From the NCBI RefSeq assembly GCF_048593235.1, contig NC_133617.1, forward strand, positions 627,606,958 through 627,670,957: a stretch of DNA of 64,000 nt. Reading direction: 5' to 3'. Every line of letters begins with the position of its first letter. The first letter of the stretch is position 1. This document shows, in pieces, positions 13,730 to 29,039 of this stretch. The position numbers and the translations under genes were made by a program. Below the pieces are notes generated by a model that was not told the origin of the DNA, did no database searches, and saw nothing but the letters and a program-made list of their open reading frames with translations. Source of the stretch: Sminthopsis crassicaudata (Eukaryota).

Positions 13730-14500
13730 CAACACCTTCTAATGATAGGTGTCACTCAGAGGCTCTGACTTGGGCCCTCTTCCCTTCCCTCTCTATACTA
13801 CCTTCACTTGGTGACCTCCTCAGTTTCTCTATGTAGAAGAATCTCCCTTTCTAGCTCCAATCTCTCTGCAACTCACACAAGATATCCTGTAGATATCTTA
13901 AACATGTCCAAATTTCAACTCATTGCCTTTCCCCCAAAGCTCTTTCTCCATGGCTCTGCCCCCTTCCCTATTACCACAGAGGGCAAGATAATTTTTCTCA
14001 GCCCTTTGGGCTTATAATCCCGGAATCATCCTGGAATCTTCACTATTTATCATCCCATACATCCAACATATTGCCAAGACCTGTGGATTTCACCTTTGCC
14101 CAACATCTCTGGAAAATGTCCTCTCCTGCCTTCCCAGCACTAGCTCCATGGACCCTTATCACTTCAGGCACCAGCCCTGCAACAGCTTCTACCACTCATC
14201 CACTAAAGTTCTAAAGCAGACATCTGGTCAAGTCAACCCATGAACCTCCAGTGGCTTTCTATTGCCCCCAAGATCAGAAACCAAATGCTCTGCTTGGCAT
14301 TCAAAGCCCCCTCCTCCTTCCTTCCCAGCCATCCTACTGACACCCTCTTTGACCCACAGCCTCTGGCTGTTCCACAGTCTTTCACAGTTTCTTTGGTAAC
14401 CCCCACTCCCTGAAATGCCTTCTTTCCTTTACTCCACCTATTGACTTCCCTATTTAGTTCTTTCAAGTCACTTTTGACTCTTTGTGTCCCCATGGAAGGG
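13730..14500. mobile_element. L2 LINE remnant in the opposite orientation to 12300-13330
   Basis: Pyrimidine-rich L2 RT and 3' region (GGTGTC..CAGAGGCTCTGACTTGGGCCCTCTT..., CTTAAACATGTCCAAA). Confidence 0.6.
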
Positions 14501-15001
14501 TGTGGGAGGAAATGTTCTTTAATTTTTTTTTTTTTCCATTTGGTGTTTTCTGTTAACATTCTTTAACAGAATTAATTTAATTAAAGATTCTCCAACTCAT
14601 TTTACAGGTGAGAAAAAAACAGTGGCAAACGGAATTGGGATCTGCCCAGAATCACCTTGTGCCCGAGGCCAGATTTGAACTGAGTCCAGGCCCAGCACTC
14701 TATCCACTGGGCTATCTAGCTTCATTGTCCCCCTGTTAAACTATAAGCTCTCTGAGGGTAGGGACTACCTTGTGTTTCTTTTTGTATGCCCAATAATGAG
14801 CAGAGTAGGTGCTTAGTCAATGCTGACTGACTCGGGACACAATGGGTTATTTTTTAAACATCTGAAGGGATGTTCACAGAATTGGTCTACTTGGTCCCAG
14901 TTGCCAGATCCAGGATCCTGCAAGGCAGAAGTTTCAAAGACAAGTTCAGGCTTAATGCAGGAAAATGCCTAAACAATATGACCTTCATAGAAGCAGAATA
15001 G

Positions 15002-15334
<333 letters not shown>

Positions 15335-15440
15335 TAACTATGACAGAGAAATATGCTCAGTGAAAAAGGCAGAAGGGGGAAGAAAAGTAGCACAGAAAAG
15401 GAATAAGTCCATGGAAAGGAGGCTCCAGGGACAGAGATAA

Positions 15441-18322
<2,882 letters not shown>

Positions 18323-18388
18323 ATGGCAACAGGAAGAGAGGGTCACCAACCCATACTTTTTTTTATCAACCCCCAGTTTTTCTGGTCT

Positions 18389-18394
18389 AATAAA
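18389..18394 (+). terminator. Probable SULT1A polyadenylation signal
   Basis: AATAAA 67 nt after the stop codon. Confidence 0.6.
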
Positions 18395-18539
18395 TGTTTT
18401 GGCAAGCAAAACTAGCTCCCCTATAATTCTAGTAGGAAAAAAAAATGTTATAAAAGCTTTATTATATGCTTAGCTATTATAAACAAAGTCTCAGTAAAAA
18501 ACATTTTTCCCATTAAAATAATAATGACCAAAAAAATGC

Positions 18540-19265
18540 AATTTATTCACCTTTAGAATCAAAAAATAAACCCTTCTGAAGAACAATTTGGAACTACACC
18601 CAAAGAGCTATCGAACTGTGTCTAGACACCCTTTGATTTAGCAGTTCCACTATTGGGGCCTGGGCCTGTATCTCCAAGAGATCATAAAAAGGGAAAAAAG
18701 TCACATGTGCAAAAACGTTTGTAGCAGCTCTTTGTGGTGACAAGGAAATTGAGAGGATGCCCATTGCCCAACTGGGCATAAATTATGGTGCATGAATGTA
18801 AGAACAGACTGATTTCAGAAAACCCTAGAAAGACATGAACTGATGCTGAGTGAAGCAGGCAGAATCAAAACATATTGTAGACAATAACAAGATTGTGATA
18901 ATCAACTGTGATGAACTTGGCTCTTTTCCACAATGCAGCAGTTGAAAGCATTTTCCATCGCAAATCTATTGGAATTGCCAATTGCATCAAGAGCATGCTA
19001 GAACTAGGAGAGGCAGAATATGGATCTAAGCACAGTATTTGACTTTTTTTGTTTTTTTTTTCTTCCTCATGGTTTTTTTCCCTTTTGGTCTGATTTTTCT
19101 TGCACAACATGATAAATATGGAAATTTGTTTAAAAGGATTGCACATATTTAACCTATATCAGATTGCTGTTTTAGAGAAATTTCAAAAACAAGTCTTACA
19201 AAAACAAATGTTAAAAACTATCTTTATGTGCATCTGAAAAGATAAAATAGCATTGAGAAAAGAAA
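18540..19265 (+). mobile_element. L1 ORF2 3' end and 3' UTR remnant between the convergent SULT1A and SGF29 3' ends
   Basis: TTTGGAACTACACCCAAAGAGCTAT..CCCTTTGAT..GCAG and GCAGCTCTTTGTGG motifs of the L1 ORF2 C-terminus, followed by an A-rich end. Confidence 0.75.
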
Positions 19266-19386
19266 AGAAAAAGAACCAAAGGATAGTACACATAGCACCC
19301 TAAACTCCCAGTTCACTTGGGGAGGGGGTTAAAGTCTAAGAAAATCAGGCCCTGGAAACACATGATGTAGGGGACAGGGCTGTATA

Positions 19387-19392
19387 TTTATT
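19387..19392 (-). terminator. Probable SGF29 polyadenylation signal
   Basis: TTTATT on + (AATAAA on -) about 110 nt beyond the stop. Confidence 0.55.
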
Positions 19393-19498
19393 AGTCTGCA
19401 GAGAAGGATACATTAATTCCCCCCTTCAAGGGGCATGGCCGAAGAGTCAGGTGAACAGAGGCAAGGTTAAAAAGTCCGTGATTCAGTCAAACCGAACC

Positions 19499-22400
19499 TC
19501 ACTTCTTCTTAGGTTCCTTGCAGGCCACAACATACCTCTGGGCCACATTGAGGGGAGGAGAATAACCATCTGCATAGGAGGTATCTTCAAACAGGACAGA
19601 ATAGTCTTCCTGGGGCTAGAGAGAAAGAAACTAAGTTAAGATTCAGAAAGCCTAAAGCTGACAGTAACTAAACCTTGTTGCCGAAACTTTAGGTATATGT
19701 GAAGCTAGCACATCCTGGAAAAACACTTTCATAGAAAACTCAAGAGTTGCTTTTTTTTTTTTTAAGTCATTTCACACTTCCCTATAAACAAAAACCTGCT
19801 AATATCTAATCTTTATCTTGCCAAAAAACAGGGAAGGTTTTACTTTTTTTGTATCCCTCAGATTTTAGCAACATATGACATGTGGTAAGTCCTGGTTGTC
19901 TCTCTCCTGCTAGTTTCATTTTGTTTTGTCTTAAGGTGAAATGGAAAGTAATGGAAGGAAAAGTATGTGATGGGAGCAGGAATGAGAAATGGATTCCATT
20001 GTGTATGTCAGCTCACATCTAGAGCAGTCTGTTCAGGTCTGAGAATTTTAACTTCACTCAGCTAAATGGCCAGTGGAGAATAACCATGATGGAGATGGGG
20101 CTTAAAATCTCATAACGTGAGTAAGGATTTAAGGAGTTAGGAACATTAAAATGAAGAAAAGACAAAGGAGAGGTGGGTAAGGAAGGGAAAACAAAGATAG
20201 AACGGTCTTCAAATATCCTAAAAGCCCAATATCTTGCTTGAAAGTACACCTGTTCCACATAGTTCGAGCAAGCAGAACTATGATTAATAAGAGTTTCAAG
20301 AACACAGATTTGGACTTAATATAAGTAAGAACTTTATAATTGATAATCGGACAAGGCAAAATAAAAACCACCACCACATGAAGGTTCTCCCCCATTCTTC
20401 TACCCTTTCAGAAATCCTAATCTTAGGAACCAACTGGGTAAACTTTAATCTGTTATACTAAAAGTATATATTGAATATATTGAGTATATATTGAAAAGTT
20501 CTCCCAGGTTACCATTCCTTACCCGTTGTGGAGGAGTGTGAATCAAAGCCCGGTAGAAGCAGGTGGTTTGGGGGTACAATGCCAGCACAAGCTGATCCTT
20601 CTGGAATAAAGCTTCAGGGTCTGTCTCAGGATTGGCCTTCCATTGTGGGAGTGGGATGATACGTCTTCGGCTCAAGGTGTGTCTCCTAGTAGGGAAAAAG
20701 ACTAAGTATGACCCTCTGCCCTGAAAATACATAAGAACTATTTCTCAGGAAGGATTTTCTTTACTTTCATTTTTCTAGAACCCACAAATTGGTTTCTGCC
20801 TTGATCCCACACCCGACCTTGCTCCTGACTCCTCTGTAATCATCCCTTTAGAAGAGTACTTACTCTTTGCCTTCCTCATCAATGTCATCCACCTCATATC
20901 TAAAAGGGGGGGGAAAAAAAAAAGAATATCTGACTTAGTGATTTTTCCAGAAAACTCAGGATGACCGTGAAAGTAATAAGGCAGATACATTTTCTGAGTT
21001 GAAGAGGCTAATAATAAGAGAACCCAAGAAAGTAAAGGAAAAGTGAAAAAACAATTTTACAGCCCTGAAGTCAGGAGGACCTGAGTTCAAATATGACCTC
21101 AGACTCTTTAACACTTCCTGGCTATGTAACACCTTGGGGCAAGTCACTTAACCCCAATTGCCTTAGCAAAAAAAAATAAAAAATAAAAAAAAATAAAAAT
21201 TCTCAAACAGGATAAAACATTCTTACTCACTTGTTGGTAGCATGACTGTAGCTGACCACTTCAGCCAGAATCCACTGCTCATCCCCATCCACAGCTTTCA
21301 CTCGAGCAGCCACCTTATCACCTGGTTTAGCTACGTAGTCCCCTGAAGCTGGAATAGCCCCGCACAGGGGTGGAGGCCTAGGGGATGAAAAACCTTGTTA
21401 CCAGTTCCTGCCTCACTTCTACCCAGCTCCAAAGCCCTAAAACCCTTCCTGGAGATCTATTTTGGGATCCTCCAGCAAAAGCCACACAACTGTACCCACC
21501 ACTGACCTCCACTTTCATCCTCAATTTCCTACGTTCTCCAAGACCTCAAACTATCTTTGGCTAGTCGAATCCTGCCCAATTTCCTTTCCCCAGGACTCCC
21601 ACACTTACTTGTCTCCAGGTTTTCCAATCCACAGAGGCAATGTCATAGCTGACTGTTGCAATAGCGTCATCAATACCCCTCGGCGCATGGTTTTCCGTGG
21701 AGGTTCTGAATCATTGTATAATCCTGCAATTTTAGCCGCTGTGGAGGAGAAAAGAAGTGAAACCTTCTCACACTACATGGCCAAAAAATTTAGTCTTTCC
21801 ATCTCACCCCTCTGCCATATGTTATCCACCAAACCATGACTATGCTTTTGTTTAATTCTTTCTCTAGTATTAACCATTAGCCCCTAATCCCAAAGACTTT
21901 CATACTCACAATGAAGGAAAAACATGGGAATAGGAAGAGGACATTCCTTTGGTATTCTAACCCTAACTCTGAGGATCCCAAACATTGTCCTTTTCTCTTT
22001 CCATGCCCTGAAATCAAATTAAAGCTCCTTGTGTGTCTATCCTATAGCACAATGCCTGGCATACAAAATAGGCATTTAATAAATGCTTGGCCCATTGAAT
22101 TCAAATCATTAAATAGAAAATTCAGGGACCTATCAGTAAGCTGGAAATAAACTCAACATGAGTTATAATATATAATCCTGTAATTGCATAAGATTAAAAA
22201 CACCAATAGGAAATCCAGCCAAGACATCTCTTCAAATCTCCATCAGAAGCATCACTGAGGCTTCTTTTCAACAATGAAATAATTCAAGGCCAGTTCCAAA
22301 GATCTTGTGATGAAGAGAATCATATGCACCCAGAGAGAAGACTGTGGGAGCTGAGTGTGGATCACAACAGAGCATTTTCATCCTTTTTTGTTGTTTGCTT

Positions 22401-25400
22401 GTATTTTGTTTTTTCATTTTTTTTCCTTTTTGATCTGATTTTTCTTGTGTATCACGATAATTGTAAAAATATGTATAGAAGAATTGTACATATTTATCAG
22501 ATTATTTGTCATCTAGGGGAGGGAGTGGGAGGAAAAGGGGGAAATTTGGAATACAAGATTTTGCAAGGGTCAATGTTGAAAAAGTATCCATGCATATGTT
22601 TTGAAAATAAAAAAAATTTAAATTAAATACAAAATGCTTAAAATATATGGATGGTATCTACCCAAATATGCTCAAAATCTATGTACTTTGAAGAAATTTT
22701 AAACAACCTTAAAAGAAGCATCACTGAGGGGACACAAACGGGGGGACTGGCTCAACACTGCTTTTAAAATCTCACAGTTCTTGTTTTTAAAAATGTCTGA
22801 AAGACAGCCCTTATACAAAATAAAAGCTTTAATAAGCATTATCCTAACATCACTAACTACACAAAATGGGGAGAAAATCTTTAGTTGTCTCCAAAAAATA
22901 TGGTAAGCAAAATATGAAGAATTTACAAGAGGTAGTGAATAAACACCAGAAAAATCTGAGAAAAGCACTATAGTCAACCTTCCAAAAGTGAAAACCGCAG
23001 AAACCCTCCTTTCAAGCAAACCCATCCTCCAATGTGCCTCTCCTCCCCACTGCACAGAGCAAGGCTCCTCTAACTCACCAATTCGCCTTTCTTCCAGCAA
23101 AGTCTTGATCTCAGCAATCTTATCCAGAGCTCTGCGCAGTATACTACAGAAGAAAACCAGAGGAGAAATAAAAACTAACCCACGAGGGGCAGGCCACTAG
23201 AACTGAGTGCTTCCAGAGCCCATGGAAGGAGCTGCCACCACACTAGGCAATTAAATATCTTAGAAAAAGTAAAGGAAGCTTTTAGGGGAAAGAAAGATGG
23301 GGTTTTCTGATACCTTTTTTGGTTCAACAGAGGCCAAAACGTCATCTCTTCAGGTTGCCATAGGCTACTCATGAAATGAGTTAGCCTTTCTAGATTTGAA
23401 ATTAATACTACTAGCCACTTGGCCTTGAGGCCATAAACAAATTCACAATTTACAAACCAGGAATCTCCATGAGGATTTTAATATACCTACTACTGCTTTT
23501 CTAGAAAAGCTATATTTCATTGTTTTCTGTCTATAAAAACTGTCAATTCTATTCTAAGACAATTTGAAACTGAAAATAACTCACTGTTCTCTTTAAGATA
23601 ATGAAGTTTTGATTTTCTCTAATGTGTCTCATTCACTCAGTGGGATAAGTATAGTAAAAATTGGATGCATAATTCATGCATTATTGAGGATGGAATCTTT
23701 ACTAAAATTATGAGCTTCAATTGATCAATTCAATAGTATTAGCCTCTTATTTTTCAAAATTATAAACTACTTTCAATCTAAATCTTCTCAACTTTAAATG
23801 AGAATAACTCAAGATTCATAAATCCAAACCTGGAAGGGATTCCAGAGAAGTTATCTAATCTAATCCTACCTACAATTTACAGATGAAGATGCTAATGCTC
23901 ATGTCTATATAGTGCTTTCTAATTCATTTTCCTTATAACAACCAATGCAGGTATCATCTTGAAAATTTAAAAAACACTTAGAATAAATGACAGTCACAGT
24001 CACATAGCTAAGAAAGAGACAGGATTTAAACCCACATCTTCTAACTTTAAATCTTATACTCTCTTCTTCTCCCAAGTAACCAGTAATTTATTAATTGGTC
24101 CTTCCAGAAACCAATCCACTTCTTAAATGGAGAACAATTAAAAACAAAACAAAACAAAAAACAAAACCAAAAAAAAAAAAACCAAACAAAAAAACACCAT
24201 ATACCCTCAATACCTATATAGTCTGGCAAAAAAATAAATTGCCACTTTAGCCATGTCCAAAAATATGTTTATTTTTCTTAATTTCAAGTTCATCACCTGT
24301 TCAGAAAGTGAATGGTATGCTTCATCTTCATTCTTTAGGTTTATCATTGATCAGAGTTCTAAAATCTTTCAAAAAAATGTTTTATTTTGATGGTTATGAT
24401 AATGTGTACCTTTAGACAAAAATCCTTCCCATTTCTCTCCCTACCAGACATGTTATAAGGATAAATAGGAAGCTTATAACTTGGTGAGGGGGAAAAAATC
24501 CTATACTGGAATAGGAGTTTAAGGTCTTTTTAATAGATTTAATTAATTAAAATCTATTTAATTTTAAATTGCAGTTACTTGCTTTGGATTATAGATATCT
24601 ATGTCTGTTCCCTTAATGGGCTTCAATGTTTCTTATAAATGAACCAGTTTTTAAAAATAGTTTTCTATTTCAATGTAATTACACACTTTATTTAATAATC
24701 CTTATCTCTATTTTATTTTATTTATTTAAAAATGTCATTCTGAAAAGGCAATCCCCCCAGGATTCAGATTGGCAAAGGGGGTCCATGACACAAAGAAAGT
24801 TAAGAACCCCTGGACCCACTAAGTGACCCCTAAAGTCTCTCTCAAATCTCATATTCAACATTTTAATTCTTTTTTTACTAGAATGATGAAAAATTAACTC
24901 ATATTTCCAGATGCTCCCCCTTGCACCTTTCTAGAGATATACCTTTTACAGAAGGGGCACAGTTTTTGAGGGCAGAACTGGGTTGAAGATGAAAAAGCTT
25001 TGAAAACATCTGTCTAGTCATGACTCCAGACCTCTCTTCTCCATTCTCTCAGCTAAGAGAGGGTCCTGGGCCAGCCTTTACCAGCCTCTTGGGTATGCCT
25101 TAACCTTTCGAACTCAGAAGCAACAAAAGCCAGATCCAGAAACTAAGAGGGCAGTTTTCTGCTACTTGGCAGAGGAGGGGTTAGCTTATATGCCCAAAGT
25201 AAGACATTTTTTCCCCACTTCAGTAGAGAAAAGAAAAACAGTTGCCCTACTTTTATTTCCTCAAACAAGTTTGTAATGATTTAATTACACACAATCAGTA
25301 AACTGTTGTCTAGACTTAAAAACCTCCCTGAAACATGCTTCAGAAATAAGAGCTCATAAGGCCAGCAATACCAAAATGTGAGGTTTCCTCTTTATTTTGT

Positions 25401-25686
25401 CAGAGGAACAGACTTTGCTCTTTCAGAAAAGTCTGACCAATTCTAACACATTCAAGTGGCAACTATGAGGAACTAGAGGCAAATTTAAAAAAAGACAAGA
25501 AAAACCAAAAACAAACACCCTGACAGGGAACTTATGAACAAGAGATGAAGACCAACATAACAAAGCAGCTTCAAAAGTGGAATGAGAAATGGCGACAATG
25601 GGATATAGGAGAGTTTGGGCCACAGTGAGAGCAGAAATAATGCTTCTATCACAAGGCTTTGGATGTGAATGACATCTTTAATGATG

Positions 25687-25744
<58 letters not shown>

Positions 25745-27396
25745 TCTACATTTACATATTTATGTAAGTATATATAAATTATATAATTATATAAATTATA
25801 TGAAGATGCCACATCTTTGTTGTCATGTGTGAGACTAGGAAGAGGAAAAAGAATCCTACACACTCACTTGCACTCCGCTTCTGCATCTGCCTTGGCTGTG
25901 GTATAGAGACCTCGAAGCTTTGTCCGGTAATAAGGGGAGACTGCAGATGAACACATACATTAACAAACAAAGCTCCCTCAACAGGTCAGGCTAATTCCCA
26001 CAGCACCCCCCCAATCTCTCTCCCTGCCTCACTTTTGTTTTCTGTCTGCATTCTCTCATGTGTCTTCTGGATATTGATCAGGTTATGTTCACTTCGGGAG
26101 CGTTCTTCCTGCACAGATATGGAGAGAAAAGGAAGATGAGGAAGAGAAGGTTGTCCTGCCAAACCAGCTCAGTGCCTCCCTGGGCACTTCCCTTTACTGT
26201 CTCCACCCAAAATTTTCTTCTAAAAGTTCCTGCACAAAAACTGCCAACAATTATGTCCACTGGCTCCCTATTTTCTTTGGGATCAACTTTCCTCTTATTC
26301 GGCTTTTAAGTCCCTCCATGGCCTGGTCCCAGCCTTTCATTACTCAACGAAGCTAACTGGCTTTCTTTGTTCTTCACTGGCTGTGCTCTGCCTCTTCTCC
26401 CCCAATTATCCCTGAGCCTGAAATCCTCTTTTCCTCATCATTGCTTCACCGAATTCCTCTTTATGTTCAAAAACTGCAGTTCACTCAATACTTTCGACAC
26501 AAAGCCTTTCCTGATCCCATATGCCCCTAACCTTACATCTTCCTAAACCATCTTTTTTGTTTTCTGGAAACAGTTACATAGGTACATGTTGTCTTGCTTG
26601 ATTAAACAAACTCTTTGAAAGCAAAGAATATAAAATAAATAAATAATGTCCTAAATAGGAGCTTCTTAAACTTTTCCTACTCAACCCTCTTTTTGCCAGA
26701 GAAATTTTTATATAACCCCAGATATTAAGATACATAAATAGGCATATTAAGTGTAGTAGTATTATACATACCTAGTTTCCCCTACACACACACACAACAC
26801 ACCATATGTGTTTGTTTAACTTTAAAATGGTACAATGCGGGGGGGGGGGGGGGGGAATCAATAAAACTATAAAAAAATCCCTAAATATATCTCACTTCTC
26901 TGATATGAATATCTACTTCTCCCCATGTATAGCCAATACAATGTTACATTAATCAACATCTCACAAAAACAGTTATTATAGCCAATTTGGTTGCAATTTT
27001 AGCTATTCATTGTCCTATGGCCTCTATCCTCTAGTCCTTTAGTCTCCTAATCCTCTGACCTACCACTCTCCTACCCTTCCTATGCAACTAACTCCTTGGT
27101 CTTCTCCCCCATCTCTGAACTTTCTGTTCTCTCCTCTTCAAGGAATCGGCACTTGCAATATTGTTCCTATTGCACTTGCCACCTCTAATGCTGTTTCATT
27201 CCAATATTGTTTTCACAACTATAGTCAGGGTAGCCTATGGTACCACTCTTACAATTCTCTTTTTTTAGTCACCCTCAGAATTGTACCAAGGTCATCCCTT
27301 TTTCTGAGAGGAAGGTATTACCTGAGTTTGCTTAATCAGTTGATGGAGCTCTGTCAGTAGTTCAGCTATTCTGGAGTCTGCTGACACCAATGCCAT
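19499..27396 (-). CDS. SGF29: SAGA complex-associated factor 29 (CCDC101; tandem Tudor H3K4me reader), 293 aa
   Basis: Coding exons 27396-27322, 26108-26033, 25940-25868, 23143-23079, 21738-21609, 21377-21231, 20899-20864, 20685-20523, 19615-19499 (75/76/73/65/130/147/36/163/117 = 882 nt), all GT-AG. Runs from MALVSADSRIAELLTELHQLIKQTQ to YVVACKEPKKK*, near-identical to the human protein as recalled. Confidence 0.97.
21055..21200 (+). mobile_element. WSINE1-like SINE (5' truncated) in an SGF29 intron
   Basis: AGCCCTGAAGTCAGGAGGACCTGAGTTCAAAT...GGGCAAGTCACTTAACCCCAATTGCC followed by an A tail. Confidence 0.8.
22185..22625 (+). mobile_element. L1 3' UTR remnant
   Basis: Same tail sequence as 5745-6215 (GAGTGTGGATCACAAC...TTTTGCAAGGGTCAATGTTG...AATAAAA). 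Confidence 0.7.
25689..25735. repeat. (TA)n microsatellite
   Basis: About 22 uninterrupted TA units. Confidence 0.9.
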
Positions 27397-27935
27397 GGCT
27401 GTGGTAAATACTGTTTTCTATGAAACAAAAGTAATGAAATAAAAGAAAAGAATGGTCAAAAAGCCTCTGGGAGGAGAGCATCCTAAAGCTAAAGGACCAG
27501 CAACATTGTGGCAATCACTAAATTTAATTAATTCAGCAACAATTTAAAAAGTCTCTCCCTACAAGCATGGCACTGCATCAACAAGGGTATTTTAACAAGA
27601 TGATTTGGTCCTTGCACTCCCTACACTTATATTTTATTAAGAAGGGAAGCTAGGTCTGAGAGATGATTTGGAATCAAATGGATTTGGAATCAGAAAACTA
27701 TTGCTTGGAGTCTAGTTATGCCCTTCACTAGCTTTGTGCCCTTAAGCAAATTTCTTTTCTTGTTCCCAGGAATCAGTCACTTTATCCACCAAACTAAATG
27801 ATCTCAAAAAAGTTCTTACAACTCTAAATTCTATGAAACTAATATTAAGAGCAAAAAATAATTATCAGTTGTCGATGACTGAATTAGCAAAGTTTATATC
27901 TCAAACTACAAAATAACAGAAATACAACAGAAAAA

Positions 27936-28088
27936 NNNNNNNNNNNNNNNNNNNNNNNNNNNNNNNNNNNNNNNNNNNNNNNNNNNNNNNNNNNNNNNNN
28001 NNNNNNNNNNNNNNNNNNNNNNNNNNNNNNNNNNNNNNNNNNNNNNNNNNNNNNNNNNNNNNNNNNNNNNNNNNNNNNNNNNNNNNNN
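27936..28088. other. Assembly gap in SGF29 intron 1
   Basis: Run of N. Confidence 1.
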
Positions 28089-28094
28089 AGATTT

Positions 28095-28240
28095 GGAGGC
28101 AGCTAGGTGGCGCAGTGGATAGAACACCAGCGCGAATTCTGGAGGACCGGAGTTCAAATCTGTTCTCAGACACTTAACACTTCCTAGCTGTGTGACCCTG
28201 GGCAAGTCACTTAACCCCAGCCTCAGGAAAAAAAAATAAA
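28095..28240 (+). mobile_element. WSINE1-like SINE
   Basis: GGAGGCAGCTAGGTGGCGCAGTGGATAGAACACCAG...GGAGTTCAAATC...GGCAAGTCACTTAACCCC followed by an A tail. Confidence 0.85.
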
Positions 28241-29039
28241 AAGAGAGAGAGAATATAGGATTTGGTCTGTTAAAAGAAGAGGGGAACTTCCAAGAAAAAA
28301 CTGCATGAGACCAGCAATAGCATGGCATGTGCAGAAACTGTTAATTAAGATAGGTGTAGTAAAGCAGAAGGGCTTTTTAAGAAGCAATGGCAGATAAGTC
28401 TGAAAAGACACAGCAAAGCAACTGATAGGAGGGGCCCTGGATAATGTGAAGAGCTCCACTTTTGTAGGGCCTAGTCTTACAGCAAGAAAGGACTTCAGAA
28501 AACCGTAAGCCAACCTCACTTCAGATGGAAGAAAACTTCCCAGAAATGGGAAGTCACTTTTACCCAAAGTTATTTAAGTAGTGGATAAAAGAGTTCTATT
28601 TATACTCAGACCTCTGCCTCCAACGTCAATGTCCCGAATCTACTAACAAAAAGATGCATAGGGAAGGGGGAAATGCTGAAGGCAGGGAAATCAGCTGCAC
28701 TTCTAAATTCTATCCCTCATAACTCCCCAAGGGACTTTTTCTCATTTTACTCCCTTTTTTGCAACATGGAAATCAGAATATTGTTTCTAATCCCACATCT
28801 GTTCCTTATTATTTTACGATCTGAATGATCCTGGACCCTTCCCCCTTCACTTTTCTGTCCCTGTTTTCATATCCAGAAAACGAAGAGGTTGACGGTGGGT
28901 GACATAAGCCTATGACCTTTAACCTCTCTCTCCACAGTGCCTTCATCTCCATTGGAACTCAGACTTTAACTAGTACCTTTACTTTAATTCCAGTAATTAA
29001 TGTCTTTAATTCCAACCAAAAAGGAGGTCACGCAAGAGG

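Noticed and set aside
27901-28328. ORFs crossing the first gap
   Set aside because: A SINE plus an N run.
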